DNA of 64,000 nucleotides from an uncultured delta proteobacterium (GTDB lineage: Bacteria > Desulfobacterota > Binatia > Binatales > Binataceae). Positions 1 through 8,799 of the stretch are shown one piece after another (the first letter of the stretch is position 1; every line of letters starts with the position of its first letter). Under the pieces are notes generated by a model. The model was not told the DNA's origin. It searched no databases and saw only the letters and a list, made by a program, of their open reading frames with translations. The DNA is taken from positions 174,414-238,413 of the forward strand of contig CAWBJH010000002.1 of the NCBI GenBank assembly GCA_963789115.1. The letters are read 5' to 3'. The position numbers and the translations under genes are program-made.

Positions 1-29
1 AGGGCCAGCAAGCCAGCGGTGACGGCAAT

Positions 30-1138
30 TATTGACCATTGCATAAATAATAGAAACTCAGGGTGAAAAAAGAGGCGGCAGGTCGGATTCCAGGACGAAG
101 CTGCGCAGGAGCTGGGAGGAGCGCCGGGCCCGGCGGGCGAGTTGGCTGAGGTCGTCGAGCAACTGATCGATGCTGAGCGGACAGCCGTTAGCGAGTTGAG
201 TCTTGAAGTGGTTCCAGACCTGCTCATCGGGGTTGAGCTCGGGCGCGTAGGCGGGAAAGCGCTCGACCATGAGGCGCGGATGGCGGGCCAGGACTTGGCT
301 GACGGCGGGCCCGCGGTGAATTGGGCCGCCGTCCCACAGCAGCATGATGGGTCCGCGCAGTTGGCGCAGCAGCAGGCGCAAAAAGGCGGCGACCTCGAAC
401 TGGGTGAGATTGACGAAGTGGAAGTGGCAGTAAAGCCCGAGGCGATGGCGCACGGGACTCACGGTCACCGCGGAGATGGCCGAAATCTTATCGCGCGCGT
501 AGCGGTGGACGAGCATCGGGGTCTGGCCGCACGGCGCCCAGGTGCGGCGCACGCTGGGAACCAAGAGGAAGCCGCTTTCGTCCAGGAACGCCAGATGCGC
601 GCTCAGGCGCCGGGCTTTTTTTTAATCCCGACCCACCGGTAACGCTTCCAATGGGTGATGGCCGCCGCATTGCGCTCCAGCGCCCGCCGTTCAGGCTTCT
701 GATAGCTCCAGCCCAGTTGCGCCAGGATGCGGCTCACCTGCGCCGGGTGATAGCCGACCCTGAACTCGCGCTCGATGAGCGCGGCGATCCGCCGCGTGGT
801 CCAGAGATCGTTGGGGTAGCCGTAACCGCGGGCGCCCAGGGCCAGCAGCCTGGGCAGGCGCTGGCGTTGCCGGGGGGTCAGTCTGGGCGGCCGTCCCGGG
901 GTCGGCCTGGCTTGAAGCCCCGCCTCTCCGCGCCGGCGCCAGGTCTCCCGCCACTGCCAGACCGCGCTCACCGCCGCGCCCACCATCCGTGCCGCCGTCG
1001 ACAGCGAATGGCCGGCTTGCAACAGCCGCACCGCACGCCGCCGACGCCGCTCCAACTCCGCCGCACTTCCCACTGGCCTCATGAAGCCAGCGTAGCACAA
1101 CTGAGTATTCCTTTCAATTATTTATGCAACGTTCAATA
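30..1138 (-). mobile_element. IS630-family insertion sequence
   Basis: Terminal IRs TATTGACCATTGCATAAATAA (30-50) and TTATTTATGCAACGTTCAATA (1118-1138), 19/21 match, TA at both ends; encloses a split transposase. Confidence 0.93.
58..1082 (-). CDS. IS630 transposase, two ORFs joined by a -1 frameshift
   Basis: ORF-A HTH (MRPVGS...WTTRRI...KKKPGA, 603-1082); A8G run at 615-623; -1 frame gives KARRLSAHLAFLDESGF, then WDGGPIH and PAYAPELNPDEQVW DDE motifs. Confidence 0.9.
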
Positions 1139-1544
1139 GTATCGGTTTCCTCATTTCGAAGTACCTCCCTGACGAGATTTTTCCCGGCACTACAGAGGTG
1201 GGTTTCCGGGATTTCCGTTTTGACTCTCCAATTCCAACTCGCTTTGTAAACCCAATGGCCTCGCTTCGCAAGGTTTCATTTTTGGTCCACGGTGTTTCCA
1301 CCGGCGCCGGGAGGAGTGGAAAAGCCGGTTTCGCATCTGGTGGGCACGCAACGCCCGGAAATGACCCTTTTTCCGAGCGCTTCCGCAGACGCTTCTGGCC
1401 CCAGCGTCATCATCGAAATCTGGCACTAGCGGCGTGCCCTGCTCGCTGCGCGCCCATTTCGCGACCGCCGCGCAGCGCGGCCGGGGGGACGGCTGCTTTC
1501 GGACGGTCGCGCCGGTATGTTAGTCGCAACCCGAAACGATCGAA

Positions 1545-3284
1545 ATGAACGCGGCCACATCCTCAAGTCCGCCCCAATTCGCAGCTCACCCGGATAGTGC
1601 GAGCGCCGGCGCCGTCGCCGCGATGGCGGGGCCGCGCATCGCGATTCCGCTCCTGCTCGTCCTGGGTTTGATCCTGTTCGTCGCCAATCTCGGCGGATAT
1701 CCGCTCTACACCAAGGGCGAGCCGCGCGAGGCCGTCACGATCTTCGATATCGTGCATGGCGGGGGATGGATTCTGCCGATGCGCGCCGGCGTCGAGATTC
1801 CCTCCAAGCCGTTGATGATGCACTGGATTGCCGCAGTGCTCTCGCTGGCCGCCGGAGGGGTCAACGAATGGACGGTGCGGCTGCCCTCCGCCCTGCTCGC
1901 GATCGCCGGCATTCTCGCATCCTATCTCTACGTGCGCCGGCTCTTCGACGAGCGCAGCGCGCTGCTCGCGGCGCTGATGCTCGCGACGTCGGTTCAATAT
2001 CTCCAGGCCGGCAGCGGCGCGCGAGTGGACATGACGCTCACATTCTTCATGGAGATCGCGTTCTTCGAGTTCATCCTGATCGCCGAAGGCCTGACCCGCC
2101 GGCGGATTCCGCTTTACCTCGCGATCGCGGCCGCAGTGCTGAGCAAGGGGCCGGTCGGCTTGATCCTGCCCGCTGCGACGGCGCTGATCTGGATCGCGAT
2201 CGAGCGGCGATGGGCGCTCTTGCGCGCGCTCAGAATCGCGCCGGGGGCGGCGATCGTCGCGATACTTGCCGGAGGATGGTATCTCGCGGCGGCGGCGGTC
2301 GGCGGCCGTCAATTCATCGACAAGCAGATCCTGGCGGAAAACGTCTTGCGCTTTTTCGGCAATCGCAACTCCCACCAGGGGCACGCGCATCCCTTCTACT
2401 ATGTCGAGCTCGCCCTGCTCGCCGGCTTCATGCCGTGGACCATCCTGCTGCCGGCGCCCGCCGTGCGCCTGATCCGGGCGCGCGACCGGCTCGGCCCGCG
2501 CCTGCGATACCTGATCGTCTGGTTCGTAACGGTGCTGGTCTTCTACAATGTCGCGCGCAGCAAGCGCGGCGTCTATCTGCTCGCGCTCTACCCGGCGCTC
2601 ACCTCGATACTCGCGGTGTCGTTGACCGGCCGGTTCTCGGAGCGCGAGGGTTCCGCTCGCTGGCCTTCGGCATTTGCAGCGCTCGGCGGGCTGGCGCTTG
2701 CCGGCGCCGGGATTGCCGGACTTGCCGGGCTCGTTTCTATCCGGGCCGACCAGGCGCTGCTGCGCGGCCTCCTCGCGCGGGCGGACATAATCGCGCCTGG
2801 ACTGGTCACGGCGATCCGCGACGCGGCGGCGAGCCATCTGATTCTTGCGATCCTTATTCCATTGGCGACCGGGGCGCTCGGCGCCTGGCTGGTTGCGATG
2901 CGGCCGGCTGTGGAGACGACGGTTTCCCTGATTGCGGCGGGTTTTGCCGGTATCACTCTGGCCGCGAATCTTTTCGTGGTGCCGGCGATCGCCAGGACCC
3001 TCACGCTCGAGCAATTCACCGGCGAAGCGATGCGAATCGTGGACGGCAGCAGCGTGGGCTACTTGAACGCGCTCAACTACGACGTCGCCTTCTACAGCCG
3101 GCGCAATATTCCGATCGTTGCGATCGGCGATCCGAATCTTCCCGAGTATCTGCTCGGCTGGCGCGCCGGCTACGAGAGCATTCCCGACGCGGAGCGCAAG
3201 CGCTTCACTGCGGTCCTGGTCAGCGGACCCACCGATCTCGACAACGGCGGCGGGATGGTGCTGCTCAGGCGCGCCCTGCGCTGA
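1545..3284 (+). CDS. ArnT/PMT-family (GT-C fold) membrane glycosyltransferase
   Basis: GEPREA, SKPLMMHW, RLPSAL, LSKGPVG, SKRGVYLLALYP motifs; many TM helices. Confidence 0.85.
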   Translation: MNAATSSSPPQFAAHPDSASAGAVAAMAGPRIAIPLLLVLGLILFVANLGGYPLYTKGEPREAVTIFDIVHGGGWILPMRAGVEIPSKPLMMHWIAAVLSLAAGGVNEWTVRLPSALLAIAGILASYLYVRRLFDERSALLAALMLATSVQYLQAGSGARVDMTLTFFMEIAFFEFILIAEGLTRRRIPLYLAIAAAVLSKGPVGLILPAATALIWIAIERRWALLRALRIAPGAAIVAILAGGWYLAAAAVGGRQFIDKQILAENVLRFFGNRNSHQGHAHPFYYVELALLAGFMPWTILLPAPAVRLIRARDRLGPRLRYLIVWFVTVLVFYNVARSKRGVYLLALYPALTSILAVSLTGRFSEREGSARWPSAFAALGGLALAGAGIAGLAGLVSIRADQALLRGLLARADIIAPGLVTAIRDAAASHLILAILIPLATGALGAWLVAMRPAVETTVSLIAAGFAGITLAANLFVVPAIARTLTLEQFTGEAMRIVDGSSVGYLNALNYDVAFYSRRNIPIVAIGDPNLPEYLLGWRAGYESIPDAERKRFTAVLVSGPTDLDNGGGMVLLRRALR

Positions 3285-3332
3285 GCTTCAGGATCCGGAC
3301 TTGCGCGGCCGGCCGTGAAAACCCGCCAACCC

Positions 3333-3794
3333 TCAGGCAGCGCGATCTCGCAGATAGTCGATGCTGCCCGGCAGATCGCGGATGAGCCTCAGCAGCATGT
3401 CCATCGCGGATGTCTGAACGTTCCTGGCCGACTCCCAACGAGACACGGTATTCGCGCCGAGCCGCAACAGGCGCCCCAGATGGGCCTGCGTCAGACCGAA
3501 CCGCCCGCGGATCGCGCGGATCTCGTCTGCCGACAAGAGCCTGTGCTTCTTGCGGTAGATCGCAATGGCATCCTCACGGAGCCGTTTAGCGTCGTGGAAC
3601 CGGAGAACGATCTCCCCGCATTTTGAGCATCTGAGATGAACAGCAGACGGGACTGAGATCTCCTGGCCATTGACCGGCAGGCGCAGTGCGCCCCGCCTCT
3701 CGACCATGTCGGTCCCGCAAGCCGGACAGGCATCGTCAGGCAGGACGCGGAAACGACGCGCTGGCGAAGCTCTTCGGCTAGGCGTCTTCTTCAT
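3333..3794 (-). CDS. MqsA-like antitoxin (Zn ribbon + HTH-XRE)
   Basis: CPAC...CSKC ribbon, then IRAIRGRFGLTQAHLGRLL...TVSRWE HTH; overlaps the toxin gene. Confidence 0.85.
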   Translation of the reverse strand: MKKTPSRRASPARRFRVLPDDACPACGTDMVERRGALRLPVNGQEISVPSAVHLRCSKCGEIVLRFHDAKRLREDAIAIYRKKHRLLSADEIRAIRGRFGLTQAHLGRLLRLGANTVSRWESARNVQTSAMDMLLRLIRDLPGSIDYLRDRAA

Positions 3795-4101
3795 GACTGC
3801 CTCCGTCATCGTCGTGAAACGAAACCAAGACGCAACTTCCCCGCAGGATCAGTTTGACGTAGAGCACCGTTGCGGAGAGCTGCGGCTTGAACACGTACAT
3901 CCATTCACCGGTCGTTGCCGACTTGAGCCGTCCCGCCGAGTCCTCGGGCGTCAGGTTGGCCAAAACGTCGCACGCGTCCTCCTCGTCCAAGCCAAGCTCC
4001 GAGCCGGCCAACTCTCTACGGGCCTTCAGAGTGAACGAGACCTTCCGGGCAGCAGCGAGCTCTCTAATCTGCTTCAGAGCTCTTGGCAGCCAGCGTGGCA
4101 C
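3778..4101 (-). CDS. MqsR-like toxin
   Basis: 107 aa, LYVKL and VLVSFH motifs, directly upstream of the MqsA-like gene. Confidence 0.75.
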   Translation of the reverse strand: MPRWLPRALKQIRELAAARKVSFTLKARRELAGSELGLDEEDACDVLANLTPEDSAGRLKSATTGEWMYVFKPQLSATVLYVKLILRGSCVLVSFHDDDGGSHEEDA

Positions 4102-4205
4102 GTCGTGCCTTGATCACTCTTTGGTTGATTATGCATATGGTGATTAGGTGATTCAAGCCGGGTCGGAATTCAACCAGCCCGCGGTCTGCACGCTTGTTCA
4201 AACCT

Positions 4206-5003
4206 TCAGGAAAGCGACGTTTTGCGGCGCTCGGAGATCGCGCGCACCAGGCGCGGCAGAACTTCGGCGGAACCCCCGCGCAGGCTAAAGTCGCAGATTC
4301 GCGTTAGCTCCGACTCGTAGAGATTCACCTCGATCATCGCGCCGCCCCGCTCCTTGACCTCGATCGCGAAGCCGGCAGCCGGATAGACCGTCGCCGAGGT
4401 GCCGGCGACAATCACCAGGTCGGCGCGCGAGGCATGCGCGGCGCATTCCCGCAGCACGTCGGACGGAATCGGCTCGCCGAACGAAACCGTGTCGCTCTTG
4501 AGCAGCCCGCCGCATCGCGGACACTTGGGCGGCAGCACTTCGAGGCTGATTTCCTCGCGCCGGTATCGCGTGACGCATTGCAGGCATCGGATCAGCTTCC
4601 AGTTGCCGTGAATCTCGGCCAGCGCCTTCTGGCCGGCCTGGCGATGAAGGTCGTCGATATTCTGCGTGATGACGAAACGCAAAATGCCGAGCGCCTCGAG
4701 TTCCGCCAGCGCGGTGTGGCCGGCATTGGGGCGTGCTTTCTGGAGCGGCGCGAACAACTCGTCGTTGCGCCGGGTCAGCCGCTCTTCCCATGCCTTTTTG
4801 GGATCGGAAAGAAAAACCTGGAACCCGTTCATCGGCGGCTCGCCGTACTTGGTCCACAGGCCGCCCGGGCCGCGAAAGGGCGGAATCCCGCTCTCGACCG
4901 ACATCCCGGCGCCGGTCAGCGCCATTGAATACTCGGCCTTCAGGATCAGATCGGCGCTCAGTCCTATTTCGCGATCGCTCGCCGGTTCCACCTTGTCGGC
5001 CAT
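4206..5003 (-). CDS. cobB: Sir2-family NAD-dependent protein deacylase
   Basis: TGAGMSVESGIPPFRG, TQNIDDLH, EIHG, CxxC...CxxC, GTSATVYPAA. Confidence 0.9.
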   Translation of the reverse strand: MADKVEPASDREIGLSADLILKAEYSMALTGAGMSVESGIPPFRGPGGLWTKYGEPPMNGFQVFLSDPKKAWEERLTRRNDELFAPLQKARPNAGHTALAELEALGILRFVITQNIDDLHRQAGQKALAEIHGNWKLIRCLQCVTRYRREEISLEVLPPKCPRCGGLLKSDTVSFGEPIPSDVLRECAAHASRADLVIVAGTSATVYPAAGFAIEVKERGGAMIEVNLYESELTRICDFSLRGGSAEVLPRLVRAISERRKTSLS

Positions 5004-5004
5004 C

Positions 5005-5982
5005 TCAATTCACCGTACACGACACGAAGGTGAACGCGTAGGCGCTGAGCCCCGGCTCAGGCGCCCTCAGCTCCAGGCTTCCCGCAACTACGGAATCGTT
5101 TGCAACCAGGTTGTACATCCGCGGGCGATCGACGGTGACAATCGCGCGTCCGTTCTCGGTCGCGACGTTGGCGCCCGCACGCTGCCCGCCATCGAGCTTG
5201 AGCTCGGCTTTGACCGCCGCCCCCGGCGGCCCCAGCACAATGTTGACGTCCTTGGCCGTGTAGCGGATGCGCAGCGCCGCATCGGGGCCCTCGGCCCGCG
5301 CGCTTTCCTCGCCCACATTCCATCGCCCGCCCAGGTACGCGATCGCCTCGGCATGGCGTCCCGGATCGCGATAGTCGTGCGGGCGGTTATGTTCGATACC
5401 CTCGGGATTTCCAAACTGGCCGCGCGCGTAGCCGAGATAAAGCTCGGGCGTGACCCGATAGCATACCGCGCCGGGCCGGTCCGCGTCGCGCACCGGCTCC
5501 ATCGGCGGCGGCAGGCTCAGCTCGGGATTGAGCTCCCGGATCAACTTCTGAATCTGGCTCTCGGTCTCCCGGTAGAGTCCTTCGCCGAAATGGTAGTAGC
5601 GGATCCGCCCCTGCGCATCGACGATGTACTTCGCCGGCCAGAAGCGATTCGAGTAGGCGTGCCAGATCGCGTATTCATTGTCGAGCACGATCGGATAGTC
5701 GAGATTGAATGCGCGCACCGCCTCTTTAACCGGGCCGTGCTCGCGCGCGAAGGTGAACTCGGGAGCGTGCACGCCGACGATCACCAGTCCGGCCGCGGCG
5801 TACCGGCGATGCCATCCCGTAACATACGGCAGCGTCCGAATGCAGTTGATGCAGGTGTAATCCCAGAAGTCGATCAGCGCCACCGCCTTGCCGCGCAGCG
5901 CGCGCATCCCCACCGGGCCGTGCTGGAGCCATTCACCGCCCTCAAGCTCGGGCGCGTATACGGTTTCGGCTATCTCGGGCAT
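5005..5982 (-). CDS. TlpA-like thioredoxin with DipZ-type C-terminal domain
   Basis: DFWDYTCINC, GVHAPEF, TPELYLGY, AYAFTF; GGGAG RBS before ATG 5982. Confidence 0.82.
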   Translation of the reverse strand: MPEIAETVYAPELEGGEWLQHGPVGMRALRGKAVALIDFWDYTCINCIRTLPYVTGWHRRYAAAGLVIVGVHAPEFTFAREHGPVKEAVRAFNLDYPIVLDNEYAIWHAYSNRFWPAKYIVDAQGRIRYYHFGEGLYRETESQIQKLIRELNPELSLPPPMEPVRDADRPGAVCYRVTPELYLGYARGQFGNPEGIEHNRPHDYRDPGRHAEAIAYLGGRWNVGEESARAEGPDAALRIRYTAKDVNIVLGPPGAAVKAELKLDGGQRAGANVATENGRAIVTVDRPRMYNLVANDSVVAGSLELRAPEPGLSAYAFTFVSCTVN

Positions 5983-6038
5983 GCGCTCCCTCGATCCTGA
6001 CGCGCGGTCTTGAGGCCATCCGCGAATTCGGAGTCTAG

Positions 6039-6289
6039 CAGGGTGCGGAAACGCCTTCGAGACCAGACCCTTCGCCGATGGCAGAAGCACCCTGGATGAA
6101 AAGTGGTTTTCATCGACACGCTCGCTTCGCTCGATCTTTCACCGCCATGCTCGCTTCGCTCGCTAGGCTGGCAAGCTCCCACCGACTCGAACGAAGTGAG
6201 CATCGCGGTGAAAAACCTTAATTTTCTCTCCCTGACCAGGGAGAGAGAAGACAGGGGGAGCAGACTGCGGAAGCTTTTTCCACAGCCTG
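6039..6289. mobile_element. MITE, CAGGNTGCGGAAA-end family, long copy
   Basis: CTAG|CAGGGTGCGGAAA...TTTTTCCACAGCCTG|CTAA; internal TTCGCCGATGGCAGAAGCACCCTG shared with the 56246-56322 copy; contains hairpin CTCTCCCTGACCAGGGAGAG (6226-6245). Confidence 0.7.
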
Positions 6290-6423
6290 CTAAATCTGAA
6301 GTGGGATGGGCGTCCCGCGCCGATGGCAACTGCCCGCCTTTGTGTATGTAACGTGAATTTATGCAAGCAAGCACTAGTGATTCGACCCATGAATTCTGAT
6401 CATAATACTATGCCGTGCTCAAA

Positions 6424-6457
6424 ATTGCAGAGAGATTGCAGAGAGATCTGCAGAGTG
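6424..6457 (+). promoter_or_regulatory. Three ~11-bp tandem direct repeats upstream of the first Kelch gene, possible operator
   Basis: ATTGCAGAGAG ATTGCAGAGAG ATCTGCAGAGTG, one-helical-turn period. Confidence 0.35.
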
Positions 6458-6504
6458 CTGGGTAATTCGTTTAGAGAAGCGGCGGATTTCCGAGAGGGGA
6501 AAAA

Positions 6505-8706
6505 ATGAAGGCTCGTATTCTGTGTATCGTCATGCTCACGCTCTTGTGCGCGTCGTGCGGCGGCAGCTCGGGTGCCCCCCCGCCAACACCGGCGCCGAAC
6601 GCGACGGTTCAAGTGCCTGGCCTGATGAAGGCGGGACGAATCGCCCCGGCTGTTACGCTCAAATCGGGGGACGTGCTGGTAGTGGGAGGATTCGGATCCC
6701 TGGCCGAAGACCTCGCTTCCGGCGAGGTATATCATCCCAAGACCGACAGCTTTACCCTGGTCGCGAATCAACTACCAATCGCCGCGGAGAGCGTCTGCCT
6801 GGCCGCGCTAAACGACGGCACGGCGTTGGAGGTGGGCGGACGCGACAGCAGCTACAACGCTCTATCGCAGGCCGAGATTTATGATCCCACGAGCAACAGC
6901 TTTGCGCCGACCGCAGGCCCGATGAATGACCCCCGTTATGGATGCACCGCGACCACGCTCCAGGATGGGACCGTACTGATCGCGGGCGGGTTCGATAACA
7001 CAAACACAACCGACACGGCCGAGATCTACGATCCCGCTTCGGGCACTTTCTCCTACACCAAAGGCGATATGATCGCCCCGCGCGAGTTCCACGCTGCGGT
7101 CCTGCTCGCTGATGGCAAGGTTTTGCTGGCCGGCGGGCTCAACGGTACAACGCTGCTGACAAGCGCCGAGCTTTACGATCCGGTGTCAGAGACCTTCAGC
7201 GCCACCGCCGGGCTGCTTAACTCGCCTCGATGGCAAGCTGCGGCACTTCTATTGGCCGACGGCCGCGTGCTTCTGGCGGGTGGCGTGGGTTCTTCCAGCG
7301 CCCTTGACAGCGCGGAACTGTACGATCCCAGCACCTCGACCTTCAGTTTCACTGCCAACGACATGAGCACCGGCAGAACGCTTCCGTCCGCCGCGCCGCT
7401 ACCGGACGGAAACGCGATCGTTGGCGCGGGAAGCAGCACTTATCCAAGCGAAGTAGAGGAGGCCAGTTGCGATCTGTTCGATGCCTCCACCAACAAGTTC
7501 TCGCCAACCGGTGCGCTTCACATTGCGCGCATGGGGGCGGCCGCCGTGGTGCTGCCTGACGGCTCTCCCCTCATTCTTGGCGGAAGAGACAATCAAGGGC
7601 AGAACGACGGAAATTACGAGCCGAGCGGTGAAATCTACAACCCCACGGCGGGGACGTTCACCGTGACCGGCGGTCTCAACGCTCTTAGGGTGGCATATGC
7701 CTCAGCGTTGCTGCCCGACGGCCGCGTCTTGATCGCGGGCGGTTACAACGAGACTTCGCTGCTTGACACGGCCGAAGTGTTCAATCCGGAGACCGGCCAT
7801 TTTGTGCCCGCCGCTAACAATCTCGATGTGCCGCGCTCGTCGTTCAACGCGGTTACTTTGAACGACGGTAAGGTGCTGATCGCAAATGGCAGTAGCGGCG
7901 TTACCGCGGAACTCTTCGATCCGAAAACGATGAGCTTTTCGCCAACTCCCGGCTCGATGGTCGCCTCGCGCTTCGTGGCGACCGCCACTCTGCTTGGCGA
8001 TGGTACAGTCCTGATCGCGGGCGGACTCGACGCGAGCGGCAACGCGCGCGACACGGCGGAGCTGTACAATCCCCAGACCGGAACCTTCACTGCGACCAAA
8101 GGGACGATGACCTCGCCCCGCGCAATCCACACCGCCATGCTGCTCGCGAACGGCGAAGTGTTGCTCGCCGGTGGAAGCACCAGTGATTCCTATTCCGACG
8201 CCCTTGATACCGCAGAAATCTACGATCCAAAAACCGCAATGTTCACCGCAGTACCGAATACGATGACCTCGCCGCGTGTGAGCGCAACCGCAAATCGGCT
8301 TGGCGACAGCCGGGTCTTAATTGCCGGCGGCGTCATTGCCGATGCCACCTCGGTTGCCACCGCCGAGTTATTCGACCCCAAAACCGGCAAGTTCACTCCA
8401 GCCGCGGGTGTGATGAGCAACGCGAGGGCTTTTCATTCTGCAGTCAACCTGCCCGACGGCCGCGTAATGATCGCGGGCGGTGCGACCGGGACCAGCCCTT
8501 ACGTCACGATGACGGCCACAGTGAACTTTTACGATCCTTCGACCGGTCAGTTCCACGCAGGGGTAGCGATGCTCTCGTTGCGCGGTTTCTTTACCGCAAC
8601 ATTGCTGCACTCGGGAAAGGTATTGATTCCGGGTGGACTCATCGAAAGCGCGACGGGCGCCCCCCCAACGGCGGCGCTGGAGACCGCCGAGGTTTACACG
8701 CCGTGA
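6505..8706 (+). CDS. Kelch-repeat lipoprotein, 14 blades, paralogue 1
   Basis: Lipobox LCASC; 14 repeats of R-x-x-H/A-x-A-x-x-L-x-D-G-x-V-L-I-A-G-G...A-E-L-Y-D-P. Confidence 0.9.
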   Translation: MKARILCIVMLTLLCASCGGSSGAPPPTPAPNATVQVPGLMKAGRIAPAVTLKSGDVLVVGGFGSLAEDLASGEVYHPKTDSFTLVANQLPIAAESVCLAALNDGTALEVGGRDSSYNALSQAEIYDPTSNSFAPTAGPMNDPRYGCTATTLQDGTVLIAGGFDNTNTTDTAEIYDPASGTFSYTKGDMIAPREFHAAVLLADGKVLLAGGLNGTTLLTSAELYDPVSETFSATAGLLNSPRWQAAALLLADGRVLLAGGVGSSSALDSAELYDPSTSTFSFTANDMSTGRTLPSAAPLPDGNAIVGAGSSTYPSEVEEASCDLFDASTNKFSPTGALHIARMGAAAVVLPDGSPLILGGRDNQGQNDGNYEPSGEIYNPTAGTFTVTGGLNALRVAYASALLPDGRVLIAGGYNETSLLDTAEVFNPETGHFVPAANNLDVPRSSFNAVTLNDGKVLIANGSSGVTAELFDPKTMSFSPTPGSMVASRFVATATLLGDGTVLIAGGLDASGNARDTAELYNPQTGTFTATKGTMTSPRAIHTAMLLANGEVLLAGGSTSDSYSDALDTAEIYDPKTAMFTAVPNTMTSPRVSATANRLGDSRVLIAGGVIADATSVATAELFDPKTGKFTPAAGVMSNARAFHSAVNLPDGRVMIAGGATGTSPYVTMTATVNFYDPSTGQFHAGVAMLSLRGFFTATLLHSGKVLIPGGLIESATGAPPTAALETAEVYTP

Positions 8707-8799
8707 AGGGAGCGACGACAGCAACGTGCCCGTGGTACCGGTGCGACCGCCAGCCCTGGTTGTCCGTGCTTGGACGTATGATTTCCGAGAGGGGAAAAG

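Larger units (their letters stand above)
1..1154 (-). pseudogene. 5' end of a secreted-protein gene interrupted by IS630
   Basis: RBS GGGAGGT and ATG at 1154; removing the IS and one TA gives MRKPIL|IAVTAGLLA (signal-peptide-like), running off the window edge. Confidence 0.7.

Noticed and set aside
4206-5003. Defence-type sirtuin linked to the MqsRA pair
   Set aside because: Canonical Zn-ribbon CobB-type deacylase with host-like codon usage; adjacency looks incidental
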